DNA of 64,000 nucleotides from Phallusia mammillata. Its lineage: Eukaryota. The position numbers and the translations under genes are program-made. The notes under the pieces were generated by a model. It was not told the DNA's origin. It worked only from the letters and a program-made list of their open reading frames with translations, and searched no databases. The stretch is from contig OZ281499.1 in the NCBI GenBank assembly GCA_965637545.1, positions 14,198,001 through 14,262,000 on the forward strand. Reading direction: 5' to 3'. Shown here piece after piece: positions 16,537 to 29,067 of this stretch. Position 1 is the first letter of the stretch; the number at the start of each line of letters is the position of its first letter.

Positions 16537-17085
16537 AATAATAAAAAATTAACTGTCGCGCCAAGCCCCAGAACCTTTCCTGTGCTTCAACGCGAGTTTC
16601 ATGCACTATTTATTGTATTTATATTGCGTATCCCAAAAATCCATTTTGCATAAATCTATTCTTTACGTGTTTTTGCAAATCCGCGTGTAAATATACCATA
16701 CGGCTTTTGGTCCTCCCATTTATATAAAAACAAGACTCTTATCCCTTCTATTGCGTGTAGCACTTTGTATAACAAGAAATTGTGCTATACGCCTATCTCC
16801 ACTTTGTGTAGTTGTTTTTCGCCTTTGTGTATTTTTGCGCCTTTGGGCACTTCTCTGCGATTGAATGTGTTTTTTCTCCTGTTTGCACACGTAAAACAGC
16901 CTTGTTATGTACTGCCTCTGTGTTTCTTCCTTTCGTGTTAAATTAAAAAAATATCCCCGTATTTTCTTTAGAATTCTACCGCCTTTGTTTACATTTCTCT
17001 TTGCGTAAAAAAATCCCCTTGTATGATCTCTATTGTGTTTGTTTATTTTTCGCACTATTTACTATCTCTATATTTAAAATCTCAT

Positions 17086-17290
17086 CGTATGTTTTCTATT
17101 GTCGTTGTTTACCTTTCGCTGTATCCACTATTTCTATCTTTAAAATTCCCCTCGTAAGTTTTCTATTGTCTTTGTTTACTTTACGCCGTAGCCACTATTT
17201 CTATCCTTAAATTTCCCCTCGTATGTTTTCTATTGTCTTTGTTTACTTTACGCCGCTACTACTATTTCTAGCTTTAAAATTCCCTTTTTC
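17086..17290 (+). repeat. Three diverged ~65-bp tandem units in the 3' UTR of B (also 29617-29820 in F)
   Basis: Repeated CGTATGTTTTCTATTGTC..GTTTAC..CACTATTTCTATC..TAAAATTCCCCT. Confidence 0.8.
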
Positions 17291-17421
17291 TTTATTTTTC
17301 TATCGTCTTTGTTTACTTCTTTGCTGTGTGTACGACTTCCATGTATCTGACCTTTCCTCGTATCCTTTATTTTTTTCCCTTTTTTCCCCTCATATTACAC
17401 TACGCGCGCACACTATTCTAA

Positions 17422-17889
<468 letters not shown>

Positions 17890-18011
17890 TAACGGATATA
17901 TATTGTGGATTTACGTGGATTACTGGACTTTTGTGGATTACCAAACTCACACCTAGTCTCAAGGAAACTCTGCTACACCTGTGCTCCTCTCAGGAGGTAT
18001 CCTGAGAGGCC

Positions 18012-19307
18012 ATGTCGGAAAAACCGACGTATGCAAATGCTGCCTCTGCAGGTAGCACTAAAAAAGCAACAGCGAACCAAGCTGCCGCCAAACCTCTTAT
18101 TTCTCCGGAGCAATGGAGAACAAACGGCGATGTTCGTTTTGAACCGGGTTTGCCGAGGGCCCAGATTTATGAACTTCTGGAAAACTTGAACTTTGATGTC
18201 CGGCGCCACCTTGACGCATTAGTACAAACACCTGGCGGAAAAGTAACGTTCAAAGCCCGCACCGAAACCTGGGCCAAACACTTGGCCAAAATTCTGAAAG
18301 AGTCGGGCAAGGCGACATACGTTTCACAGTATGGTGACAACGAAGAACGCCTCGTCATGTTGTATGTCCTCCCCCAGTACAGTCTTGAGATGACCAAGGC
18401 CATCATCGAAAAATTCACCGATGTTTATCGTTGTTGGCACGCTAGAGACGATCATGGCCTCCTTTCGGGCCGAAGAATATTCATAGTAAACAAGGAGAAA
18501 TTACACCTCAACCCGATGCCTAAACGCATGTCATTCGATCGCCGACGGATCGACATATCTTATCCTGACCAACCGGAATATTGCCCCCGATGCCGGGAGA
18601 TCGGACATGGCATCGAAACACACTTCAAACCAACCCAAGCACCACAAACGGAAAGCCCCACACATAATCCCCCTCCTTCAACAAAAGCTCCGGAAGATCC
18701 AATTGATGATTACCCACAGCTTGACAATCCACCAGCAACAAGCACCCCCAAACCCCAAAGATCATCCAACCCACCCCCTGACAGACCCCACCCACACCCA
18801 GACCTTGGGAAAAACCCAGCCCACAGCGACACACCACAAACAGAAAAAACCCAAGAGGCAGCAGTATATAACGCGGACCAGGATATGGTACTGGTAGGAA
18901 ACACAATGGAAATTGAAGAAGATGCGGGTGGAGATGGCGAACTTCACGGAGACACAACACAACAGGATCCAAGTAAGCCCACTTCTCTTTTTAATACTAA
19001 ACGTAAACGCTCGCAGACACATCCTGCGAGCCCAGAACAGGACTTAACAACGACTAGATGTTGCCAAATGCGACTAACAGGTGTTGAAATGCAGTGTAAG
19101 TGCAAGCATGTGTTTGTACGCTGCACTTGTGGTCAATGGACTTTAAAGCCAGCATTAAAAGAGTACATTAAATGCCACAAAATGGACTGTCCGAACATCC
19201 ACCTCAGATGCTTTACGTGTACAAAAACACTAACTGTTCCTCCAGGGGCCTCTACCACATGCACATGTGGAGCTGTTTTACCACAAGATTTCAATGAAAC
19301 GCTATAG
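18012..19307 (+). CDS. ORF1 of C, intact 431 aa (putative RRM region, knuckle, Cys-rich C-terminal domain)
   Basis: Uninterrupted ORF; YCPRCREIGH; C-terminal CC..CKC..CTCG..CHKMDC..CFTC..CTCG. Confidence 0.85.
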   Translation: MSEKPTYANAASAGSTKKATANQAAAKPLISPEQWRTNGDVRFEPGLPRAQIYELLENLNFDVRRHLDALVQTPGGKVTFKARTETWAKHLAKILKESGKATYVSQYGDNEERLVMLYVLPQYSLEMTKAIIEKFTDVYRCWHARDDHGLLSGRRIFIVNKEKLHLNPMPKRMSFDRRRIDISYPDQPEYCPRCREIGHGIETHFKPTQAPQTESPTHNPPPSTKAPEDPIDDYPQLDNPPATSTPKPQRSSNPPPDRPHPHPDLGKNPAHSDTPQTEKTQEAAVYNADQDMVLVGNTMEIEEDAGGDGELHGDTTQQDPSKPTSLFNTKRKRSQTHPASPEQDLTTTRCCQMRLTGVEMQCKCKHVFVRCTCGQWTLKPALKEYIKCHKMDCPNIHLRCFTCTKTLTVPPGASTTCTCGAVLPQDFNETL

Positions 19308-19440
19308 ATACCCCCAACCCTAGACAAACCTATGTACCCTCATAAACCCTTGAAAGCCCTATTTTAAGCACCAGAACCCTACGGCAACTATCCCCTTTGT
19401 TGTTAGTTTTTTTCCCTTTTCTTCCCTCTTTGCCGGAACT

Positions 19441-21550
19441 TTGGAAAATCCACTGACAATCACAGAACTGAACACACTGACAAAATCGCTTCCGAAGGGA
19501 AAATCTCCTGGACCAGATGGCATTTCCATTGAATTCTACATCCACTTCTGGAAGATAATTGGAGCCGACCTTACATCAGCCCTTAATTTTGTTTACCAAA
19601 CAGCCTCAATGGAACCAGCTTTTGCTCAAGGCCATATAACTCTCATCGCAAAACGAGACGACCCAACACACCCTTCGCAGTTTCGACCCATCACCCTACT
19701 CAATACGGACTACAAGATCCTAAATAAAGCACTAAATCAACGTCTACTCCCTTATTTTGACAACATACTATCAAATTTTCAATACGCAAAGCGAGGCTCT
19801 TCAACGACACAAGCCTCAAACATGTTGCGAGATCTTTACACAGAAGCCAGGAGACGGGAAAACAACACTTTATTCGTCTGCATCGATTTTAAAAAAGCTT
19901 TTGACAGTCTAGATCACCAATGGATCAATTTTGTTCTTACTACCAAAAACTTTCCTACTCGCTTTCTTAATTATATCAAAGCCTTACAGAGCTCTTCAAG
20001 ATCGCAAATTTTGATTAATGGAACAATGACGCCCCCCATCTCCATCCAAAAAGGAGTAAGGCAAGGAGACCCCCTTAGCCTTTCCCTTTTCACGATCGCT
20101 TTGGACCCTTTATTGGTAAGCATTCAAAGCAACCCAGCAATAAAGATGACCCCCTCACCATCCAGACACACACCCAAAACTGTTGCGTTCGCTGACGACG
20201 TCACCTTGGTCACGACGGGCACTACGTCTCTGATCGAAGCGTTTAAAACAATCAAACGCTTTACGTCTCTCACACACCTGAAACTCAACGAAGAAAAGAC
20301 GCAAGCCTTGGCAGTCATAGAACCACCAGTCCTCCCACATATAGAGCTGAAAATTCAATGGTCCACAAATTCAATCTTTCCATTAAATATACCAATCGGA
20401 AAACCAGCCATTATACAACGTGAATGGTCTACGCTGATAGTAAAGTTTAAAGAAAAAATCACGAAACTTGCAGACTCCTTCCTGACAATGGATACCAAAG
20501 CGGTCCTAACCAAAACTGTTTTGCTCCCACCTTTTCAAAACTTGCTTCCACCTACCCTATCCCCAATGCCAAACGGGACCAAATAAATGAGTTAATCAGC
20601 GGTTTTATGTCCGGGAACAACCACAAGAATTTGAAAATTCCATCACACAGGTTATGCCTACCCAGAGAAGAAGGAGGGTATAATGCAGCCGACATCCCTT
20701 GCTACCTGGATGCTTTTTACATCAGAAATGTACAAGAATACCTCCAGCACAGATTATTTGATACTAATACAACTCCACAACTGTCAATAATAGAATACAA
20801 CATTGGATTCCAACTGTCTACACTTCTGGAACTACGGAAAAGAAACTCACTCCCGCACACACCACATCCATCCCCCCACTACGTTGAAACTCTAAAGATC
20901 ATAAAAAGATACAACATCTCAACCCAAGCCCCCATATCTCTGCGAGTGAAACCCACATATAACTATATGATAAGTCAACGGAAAACCCATCAACCCTGGA
21001 TACATCCATCATGGCATCTGATTCACCATCCAATTCTGCCCAACTACCTAAAAACTTTTAATTATAAACTGACGGAAGAAATTATTCCAGTAAAATCCAA
21101 ACTAATCCCCAATATTCCGGACCTTGACCCAAATTGTACCCTCTGCAGGGTCTCCTACGAGAACATACCCCACCTTTTCTTCCGATGCCCGGTGGTGCAG
21201 CCTGCACTAAGACTGATCAGTCAAGTGTTTAGACGCATATCAAGAATTCAAGTGGACATATATAATAACCCAAACTTTATCTACAATATTGCCCCCCCCC
21301 AATTGAAGAACCAAGATCTCAAGCACTTTTTGCGGTCCTAAACACCTCACTTCTACACGCAATTTGGAAAACACGAAATAAATCCAAAGACAAACCAACG
21401 AGTCAACAAGAAGCAAAAGAGAATCTGATAAGAACAATTAAAAGATCACTCAACTACCGACTCCACACAGAAAGGATACGTTCCTGTCAGAACTACAAAG
21501 ATTTGAATCTCGTAGCCATCCAAGAAATGGAGAACTGTGACCCCATCTAA
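19441..21550 (+). pseudogene. ORF2 of C: RT and zinc domain only
   Basis: KSPGPDG, FRPITLLNTD, DFKKAFD, GVRQGDPLS, AFADD, CTLCRVSYENIPHLFFRC. No endonuclease motifs between 19308 and 19440. Confidence 0.88.
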
Positions 21551-22108
21551 AAAACCTGCATGCACACTATATGTGTCCAATTACATATAGATTTAGGCTC
21601 CCTTTAACTTTTTGTACCTGTGACAACTTTTTTTTTCTCTTGTTTGCTTATGATTTAGGGTCCTTTTTTAACTTTACTTACGATATCACTCGCCTTATGT
21701 TCTACACATAACTAATTTGAGTCAAGCGTTCTTCCCTGTTTTTGCGACTCTTCCGTCGCACGCACCACGCAACTTCCGAAACACATACTATCTGTGTCCT
21801 ACACCGGCTTCCCTAAACTTGTTGTACCTATGACAACTTGTTCTTTTGCGTATGATGTAGTGTCTCTTATTAACTTTACTTACGCCTTTACTCGTTATAT
21901 ATTTTGCGCGAAACATATTGACTTCTGTGCCTTTTCCTCTTTTGTGTTCCTTCTGTTGCACGCTCCATGGGTAAATTACACACTATCTGTGTCAAATTAT
22001 ACACAGAATCAGTGTCCTTGAAACCACCTGTAAATCGGACCAACGCGCCACCTTATGCTGAGTTTTCCCTTTATTGTGCGATCTAATGTGACACAAATAA
22101 AAACAAAA

Positions 22109-22606
<498 letters not shown>

Positions 22607-22631
22607 GAAGCGGCACACCAACAACCAAAAC

Positions 22632-22647
22632 GGCTCTTTTCAGAGCC
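22632..22647 (+). terminator. Histone 3' stem-loop of H3
   Basis: caaaac-GGCTCT-TTTC-AGAGCC-acc, then GCGAAAGAGA. Confidence 0.93.
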
Positions 22648-23126
22648 ACCTAAACCCTTGCGAAAGAGATACTTGACTTGTTTCGGGGGCCGGCGCGTCG
22701 TGCCATTTTTTTTACAGCGTAAGTAAACGCTTGCCTGCGATGTGCGCGGCAAAAACAGGAACATGGCCGCCGCCGGCTAGTCTCTTTTGCCGTGTTTCGA
22801 AATGGCATTTCGTTTCGTTGGGTGAAATTCAATTGCGCGAGGACAGTTGCTCGCTGGAGCATGAATGACGCACATTAAAGGCTCGTTTCGCCCGGAGCCG
22901 GAGCCCTGGTCGAACTCGACGACAAAGGCAACAGGGTGCACAGTGACGTCATGTAGGGCTGTGTTGTGAAATTGGAATGCGGTTTCAATTGGTCGAAATA
23001 GTTTGCCATCGCAAAAATTGGGCAAAGGCTACAAGGAAGACATTCGTTCGGGGCGAGCAATGCACGGTCCCGGGCCGCAGCGGGGGGGGCGGCCATCTTG
23101 AAATCTCTTTTGCGAAAAATTCGGGT

Positions 23127-23142
23127 GGCTCTGAAAAGAGCC
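23127..23142 (-). terminator. Histone 3' stem-loop of H2A
   Basis: Reverse complement GGCTCT-TTTC-AGAGCC-accc, then GCAAAAGAGA. Confidence 0.93.
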
Positions 23143-23182
23143 GTTTTTCGGTTTGCACCACGTACGAGACAGGGGCGACGAT

Positions 23183-23560
<378 letters not shown>

Positions 23561-23731
23561 ATACCACAACGGAAACAGCAACGTTATCATCGAACACATC
23601 ATCAGGATACAGTAAAGGCTATTGATAGATTTCGATTCTTTTACTGACCAGACGAGTTTGTTCTTGTAACATTTTTGTTTAGATAGTACGTTCTCTTCAC
23701 TTTTTTCTGGGTGAATTGAACACACATAAAC

Positions 23732-23747
23732 AGTCCTTTTCAGGACT
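23732..23747 (+). other. Histone 3' stem-loop-like hairpin in the 5' region of F
   Basis: ataaac-AGTCCT-TTTC-AGGACT-accc; 21 of 22 nt identical to 7169-7190. Confidence 0.7.
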
Positions 23748-24005
23748 ACCCTGCAGCCTTGTTTTCAGTTTTGGATTTGAGGCAGCTTTTGTTAGTTTCA
23801 TGTGGGTAACTTGTTTACAAGTTTCCCCAGAAATTTCATTGTTCTTGTCCGCTTGCAAGCGGTTCGAGGAAGGTTTTCTTTGTTTAGAGAAGCCGCTTGT
23901 TGCTGTTTCCCGCTTTCACACGGGTTCGTGCAACTTCACACCGGTTGGTGCAGCCTTTTCTTTGTTTGAGGTTAGTTCTTGTTGTGGCTTTTACAGCAGC
24001 CCAGT

Positions 24006-25611
24006 ATGTCCTACGCTGCCGCCACAAAGAAGAGTTTGGCTCCCACAGCCACCACTGCAAATGAAGGTCAAGAGCCTTTCGCTTTCGACCGAAATGTCGA
24101 GGTGGAAGCCCGCTTTAACCCTGGCCTGAAAAGACAGGAGATTTACGAAGTTTTACGGGCTATCAGGTTCAATTTTCGAGCCGACTTGGACGGCATCATT
24201 CAACTGCCGAAGGGCCGAGTTACTTTTTATTGTAGCACGGAGGCGAAGGCCAAAGATCTAGCGGTCGCTCTGACCAACAGCCAAAGGGCGGATTACGCCA
24301 CAGCCTACGCTGACAATCTAGTGAAGGTTGTCATGTCTCGCTGTCCCCCAGGGATTGATATGCGAGAAATCGTGGATTATTTGGACAGAACGTACGCTCC
24401 AGTCGAGCGTTCTTACAGAGTTAAAGACCCGATGAGCAAGTCTCTGGGGGAAACGGGCTTTCTTTATGAAGAGATCCGTTCTCGCGGAAAACCCCATCCC
24501 AGAAAGCATCTTTCTAGGAAAGTGGTCAGTGTTAATGTTCTACACTGGCCAACCACGGGCTTGTGCCTATTGTCAGATCGTAGGCCATAAGAAGGAGGAA
24601 TGCTCGTCGCTGCTGGAGCGTCAGGCACAGCAAACCCAAGAACAGCCTGATGTTCCAGCTGAAGCACCGGAGGAGATCGGAACAACATCCCCTCCCCAGA
24701 CCTCGCGACAGGTGCTCCCTGGTCAGGTTGAGCGACTCGGTGGTCTAGCCACGGAAACGGAGGAGATCGCAACAACATCCCCTCCCCAGACCTCGCGACA
24801 GGTGCTCCCTGATCAGGTCGAGCGAGTCGGAGGTCAGAAGAAGGATACGGAGGAGATCGCAACAACATCCCCTCCCCAGACCTCGCGACAGGTGCTCCCT
24901 GATCAGGTCGAGCGAGTCGGTGGTCAGAAGAAGAACAAGAAGGAGGAGGAGACAACAACGTCAGCCCCTTCATCGACCTCGCGACAGGTGCTCCCTGATC
25001 AGGTCGAGCGAGTCGGTGTTCAGAAGAAGAACAACGAGGAGGAGACAACAACGTCGGCCTCTCCATTGACCTCGCGACAGGTGCTCCCTGAAAAGGTTAA
25101 GCGAGTCGGTGGTCCAACTACCAACCCCAGGAGTCCGCGGTCGAAGCTCCCAAATATGGTTGAGCAAGCCGGTTCTCCTGGGCCTGCGCCAAGTGCGCCC
25201 ACGACCTCAACACCCAGGATTACCCAAGGAAATGAGGAAGGGGTCGTCTCCCTTCCGGACACATCGCTTCCAGAGGAGATCATCACCCCACAGGAGGAAG
25301 GATACAAGATCGTCCGGAGGAGGAAACGACCAGCAGCGACACCGCCGAAGAACCGGACAAATTGCTGCCTTACAGCATACGAAGGTAGAAACATGCGTTG
25401 TTTGTGCGGCACAATGCACATTAAGTGCAAATGTGGCACTTACGCCACAGAACAGAACTATAAAAGCCCATCGCAGTGTACTAATAAAAAGTGTAAAAGA
25501 CTGCTAATACAATGCACTTGCGGAAATTGTTATAATTTAGCGCGCGATGAACGAATTCTCTGCTCATGCAAAGCTCGCATACCGTCAGATTTTAACGCCA
25601 CATTTTTTTTA
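24006..25611 (+). pseudogene. ORF1 of F (frameshifted) with five ~30-aa tandem repeats and a Cys-rich tail
   Basis: MSYAAATKK..; CAYCQIVGHKKEEC knuckle; repeats EEIATTSPPQTSRQVLPDQVERVGG (24670-25110). Confidence 0.85.
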
Positions 25612-25657
25612 AAAAACTGTGTTACCTTATGGTTCCCCTTTTCATTCAAACGTTAAA

Positions 25658-28600
25658 ATGGCGCCGACCAGTTTTCTAAAAATCTGTACGCTGAATGTAA
25701 ACGGCATAGGCCAGGCCTCCAAACGCCACGCCCTGTTCCGTCATCTGTCCTCTTTAAACTTTGACCTTTTTTGCCTCCAAGAAACCCACTCTACCCCCCA
25801 AACCGAATCCCTGTGGAAGTCCGAATGGACTTCCGGCCCCATCCTCTTAAACTCGGCACCGCACAAAGGCTCCGCCAGCGGCGGTGTCGCAGTTCTTCTA
25901 AACTCCTCTAGTATTTCCATTCTAAATTCTATTTCCGACTCCACCGGTCGTATTATTACGACCGACATATCTACCCGAACCCACACCATCCATATCGTAA
26001 ACATTTATGCACCCTCCGGCAGTAAAAATCATCAAGCCCGCAACACCTTTTTCGACTCCCTGTACCCTTACATTAATTCACCTCACCCTATCATCCTAAC
26101 CGGCGACTTCAACTGTGTAGAAAAACCCTCTCTTGACAGATATCCCCCCAGCCATACCCACCCTCCTAATAAAACTCTACAGAACCTTCTAACAACCTTT
26201 CACCTGCAGGACTCTTTTCGGTTACTCCACCCCACCTTACGCCAATTCACCCGTCGAGCACCTAACACCCAATCCCGAATCGACCGCATTTACATATCTC
26301 CAGCCCTCACCCCAAAACAACACACCTTCCTCCCAACATCCCTTTCAGACCACGACCTTGTAATCCTCACCCTGAACCTAGTCTCTGCCCCACCCAGGGG
26401 CAGAGGCACTTGGAAAAACAACGTCAACACCCTTCACGATCCTCACTTCCAAAAACACCTCCGACAACTCTACCCCGTATGGAAAACCCTTGCCCCATTC
26501 CACCCCAATCCCTTGGACTTCTGGTTGACCCTTAAAGTAAAATTCAAAAAACTTATCCAAACCCACTCAAAACGAATTGCCCAAGAACAGCGTACCCATA
26601 CCCACAACCTCCAGACCCAACTTAACACCCTTCGGCAAACCCTCAACGACGACCCTTCCTCTGAAAACTACAAAACCTTCCTTGCTGTAAAAAAATCCCT
26701 CGCAACTCTCCACCTCGACACCGCCCGATCCCATCTAATTAAATCCCTCGCTTCTGACCCCCATTTCAAACACATGGCAGACAAAACCCTTTACTCACAA
26801 CTCCTCCCCTCCAAACGACACCCCCCGATAACCGAACTGGAAAACGACCTTGGACTTCCCCTCACCACACCCAAGGAAATGCTTTCCCATACTCACCGCT
26901 TTTTTACAGACCTCTACTCGGACCAAAACAAACCTATCCCACCCCCGGACAATATCTTTTTGAAACAACCACTTAACCCCATACCGGAAGACCAAACCCA
27001 ATTCCTATCCCAACCATTATCGAAAACCGAAATAAAAACTACCATATCCCTTTTCCCAAACGGCAAAACCCCGGGTCCCGACGGTCTCAGTGTCGAGTTT
27101 TACTCGCTCTACTGGGACCTAATCGGGGCTGACCTCACCCGAGCCCTGGACTATGCGTACCTCAACGCCTATACCCCTTTAGAATTCAACCTTGGACACC
27201 TCACCCTAATCCATAAGAAGAACAACCCATCCCTCCTCACAAACTACCGCCCCATATCCCTCCTGAACGCCGACCTAAAAATACTACAAAAAACCCTAAA
27301 CCTCCGCATCAAACCCTTCCTTTCCCAGATAATTTCCCAAAACCAATTTGCACAACCCAATTCGACCACTTCCGACGCCACAACCCTCCTCCGCGACCTA
27401 TTTCATGAAGCCATATCCTGTTCCTCTGATTCCTTTTTTTGTTTCGCTCGACTTCGAAAAAGCCTTTGACTCCATTTCCTACACCTGGTTAAAATTACAA
27501 CTTACCCGAAAACGTTTTCCCCCTACCTTTGTCAATTACATTCTTTCTCTGCAGACCACCGCTTACTCAATGGTTTTGCCACAACGGGCTTCCCGATCAG
27601 GAGAGGTGGCCGGCAAGGCGACCCGCTGAGCTTGACCCTCTTCCTGATTGCCATCGACCCATTACTCGCTGCCATCCAAAACCACCCTTCGATATCACCT
27701 GTCCCAGCCCCTTGTCGAAACACACCAAAAGCAATCGCCTTTGCGGACGACGTCACCCTTGCGGTGGCCGGCTCCCATTCCCTAGAAACATCCTTTCAAT
27801 TAATATCCCGTTTCACCCTGATTACCGGCTTAGCCCTAAACCCCACCAAAACCCAGGCGATTGCTACCCTCTGCCCCCCAAACTCTCCAAACCTCCCCGA
27901 TATCAACTGGAACCCGACTGTAATCACCCCTCTCAACATTCCCATCGGCCACCCCAAATCCATCACCGCAGCATGGAGAAACGCCATCTGCTCCCTTAAA
28001 GAAACCTCCACGTCCCTCAAACACCCTTTCCTCACCTACGACGCCAAGAGCATTTTAACCAAAACCCTGCTTCTCCCCAAACTCTCATACCTGGCACGAA
28101 CCTACCCACTTCCACCCACGCAGCGAGAAACAGTCGATGGCATTGTGGTAGACTTCATTTCAGCCTACCCAAATCCTCCCCTCCCAATAAAAACCCTATC
28201 CGCACGTCGTGACCTTGGTGGTTACGACGTCGCCAACATTCCCTTATACACAGACATTTTTTTTCTTGCACCCCTACGGAAATACCTATTGCACAGAATT
28301 TTTGATACCCCGACAACACCCCAGCTTTCCCTACTCGAGTACCACGTTGGACACCCCATCTCCAGACTTTTTAACCTCCGCACCAGAAACTACCTTCCCC
28401 CTTTTACCAGACCACTTTGTCGCTACTTGCAAAACTGAACCCAACACAATCCGAACTGTTATCCCCAAAATCCAAACCACTCTACACTAGATTAGTCAAC
28501 CCTGACCCCGACCCCACGAATCCCACCGATTGGTCCCTCATCCACCACCCAATTCACCCCAACTACATTAAAACCTTCAACTACCGACTGAAACAAAAAA

Positions 28601-29067
28601 CCCTACCCCTACACTGTAAATTCACCATATTCTTTCTTGACAAGGACACAAACTGCTACCTTTGCAACACCCATTTCGAAACCTACGACCACCTTTTCCA
28701 CACCTGCCCCCAAATACAAAGCCTCCTCACCCTTGCAAAAAAAATCTTCACCAAAACAACCGGAAATCCAACCACCTACTTTGACACCCCCTCCCACTAT
28801 GAATTTATTAAACCCGACCACCCTTCAGCATCCGAACACACACTTATATCCCTACTGAATTCAACCCTCTCCCATGCGATATGGAAAACCCGTAACAAAA
28901 TAAAAGCCGAAACCCACTCCATCAGCCCCACACTTGACAAAGACCTAGCCCGATCCCTAATCCGATCTTTACACTCTAAACTTTCTATCCAGCGGAACAG
29001 GCCAAACTCTATCCACTTGGAGGTCATGGCCAACGCCGTTAAAGCTATCAATTTGATAAAAATATAA
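25658..29067 (+). pseudogene. ORF2 of F: APE-RT-zinc domain (three lesions)
   Basis: TLNVNGI, LQETH, GDFN, SRIDRIY, SDH; RT motifs; extra T near 27435, 13-bp deletion near 27568, frameshift near 28400. Confidence 0.9.

Noticed and set aside
22650-23120. GC-rich H3-H2A spacer as a hidden tRNA, 5S or snRNA gene
   Set aside because: No A/B boxes with a cloverleaf, Sm site or recognisable 5S/U-RNA sequence found by eye.
24464-25066. Long antisense ORFs over ORF1 repeats (also 12225-12716, 5517-6152, 59829-60263)
   Set aside because: Shadows of repetitive or compositionally biased sense ORFs, with no recognisable motifs.
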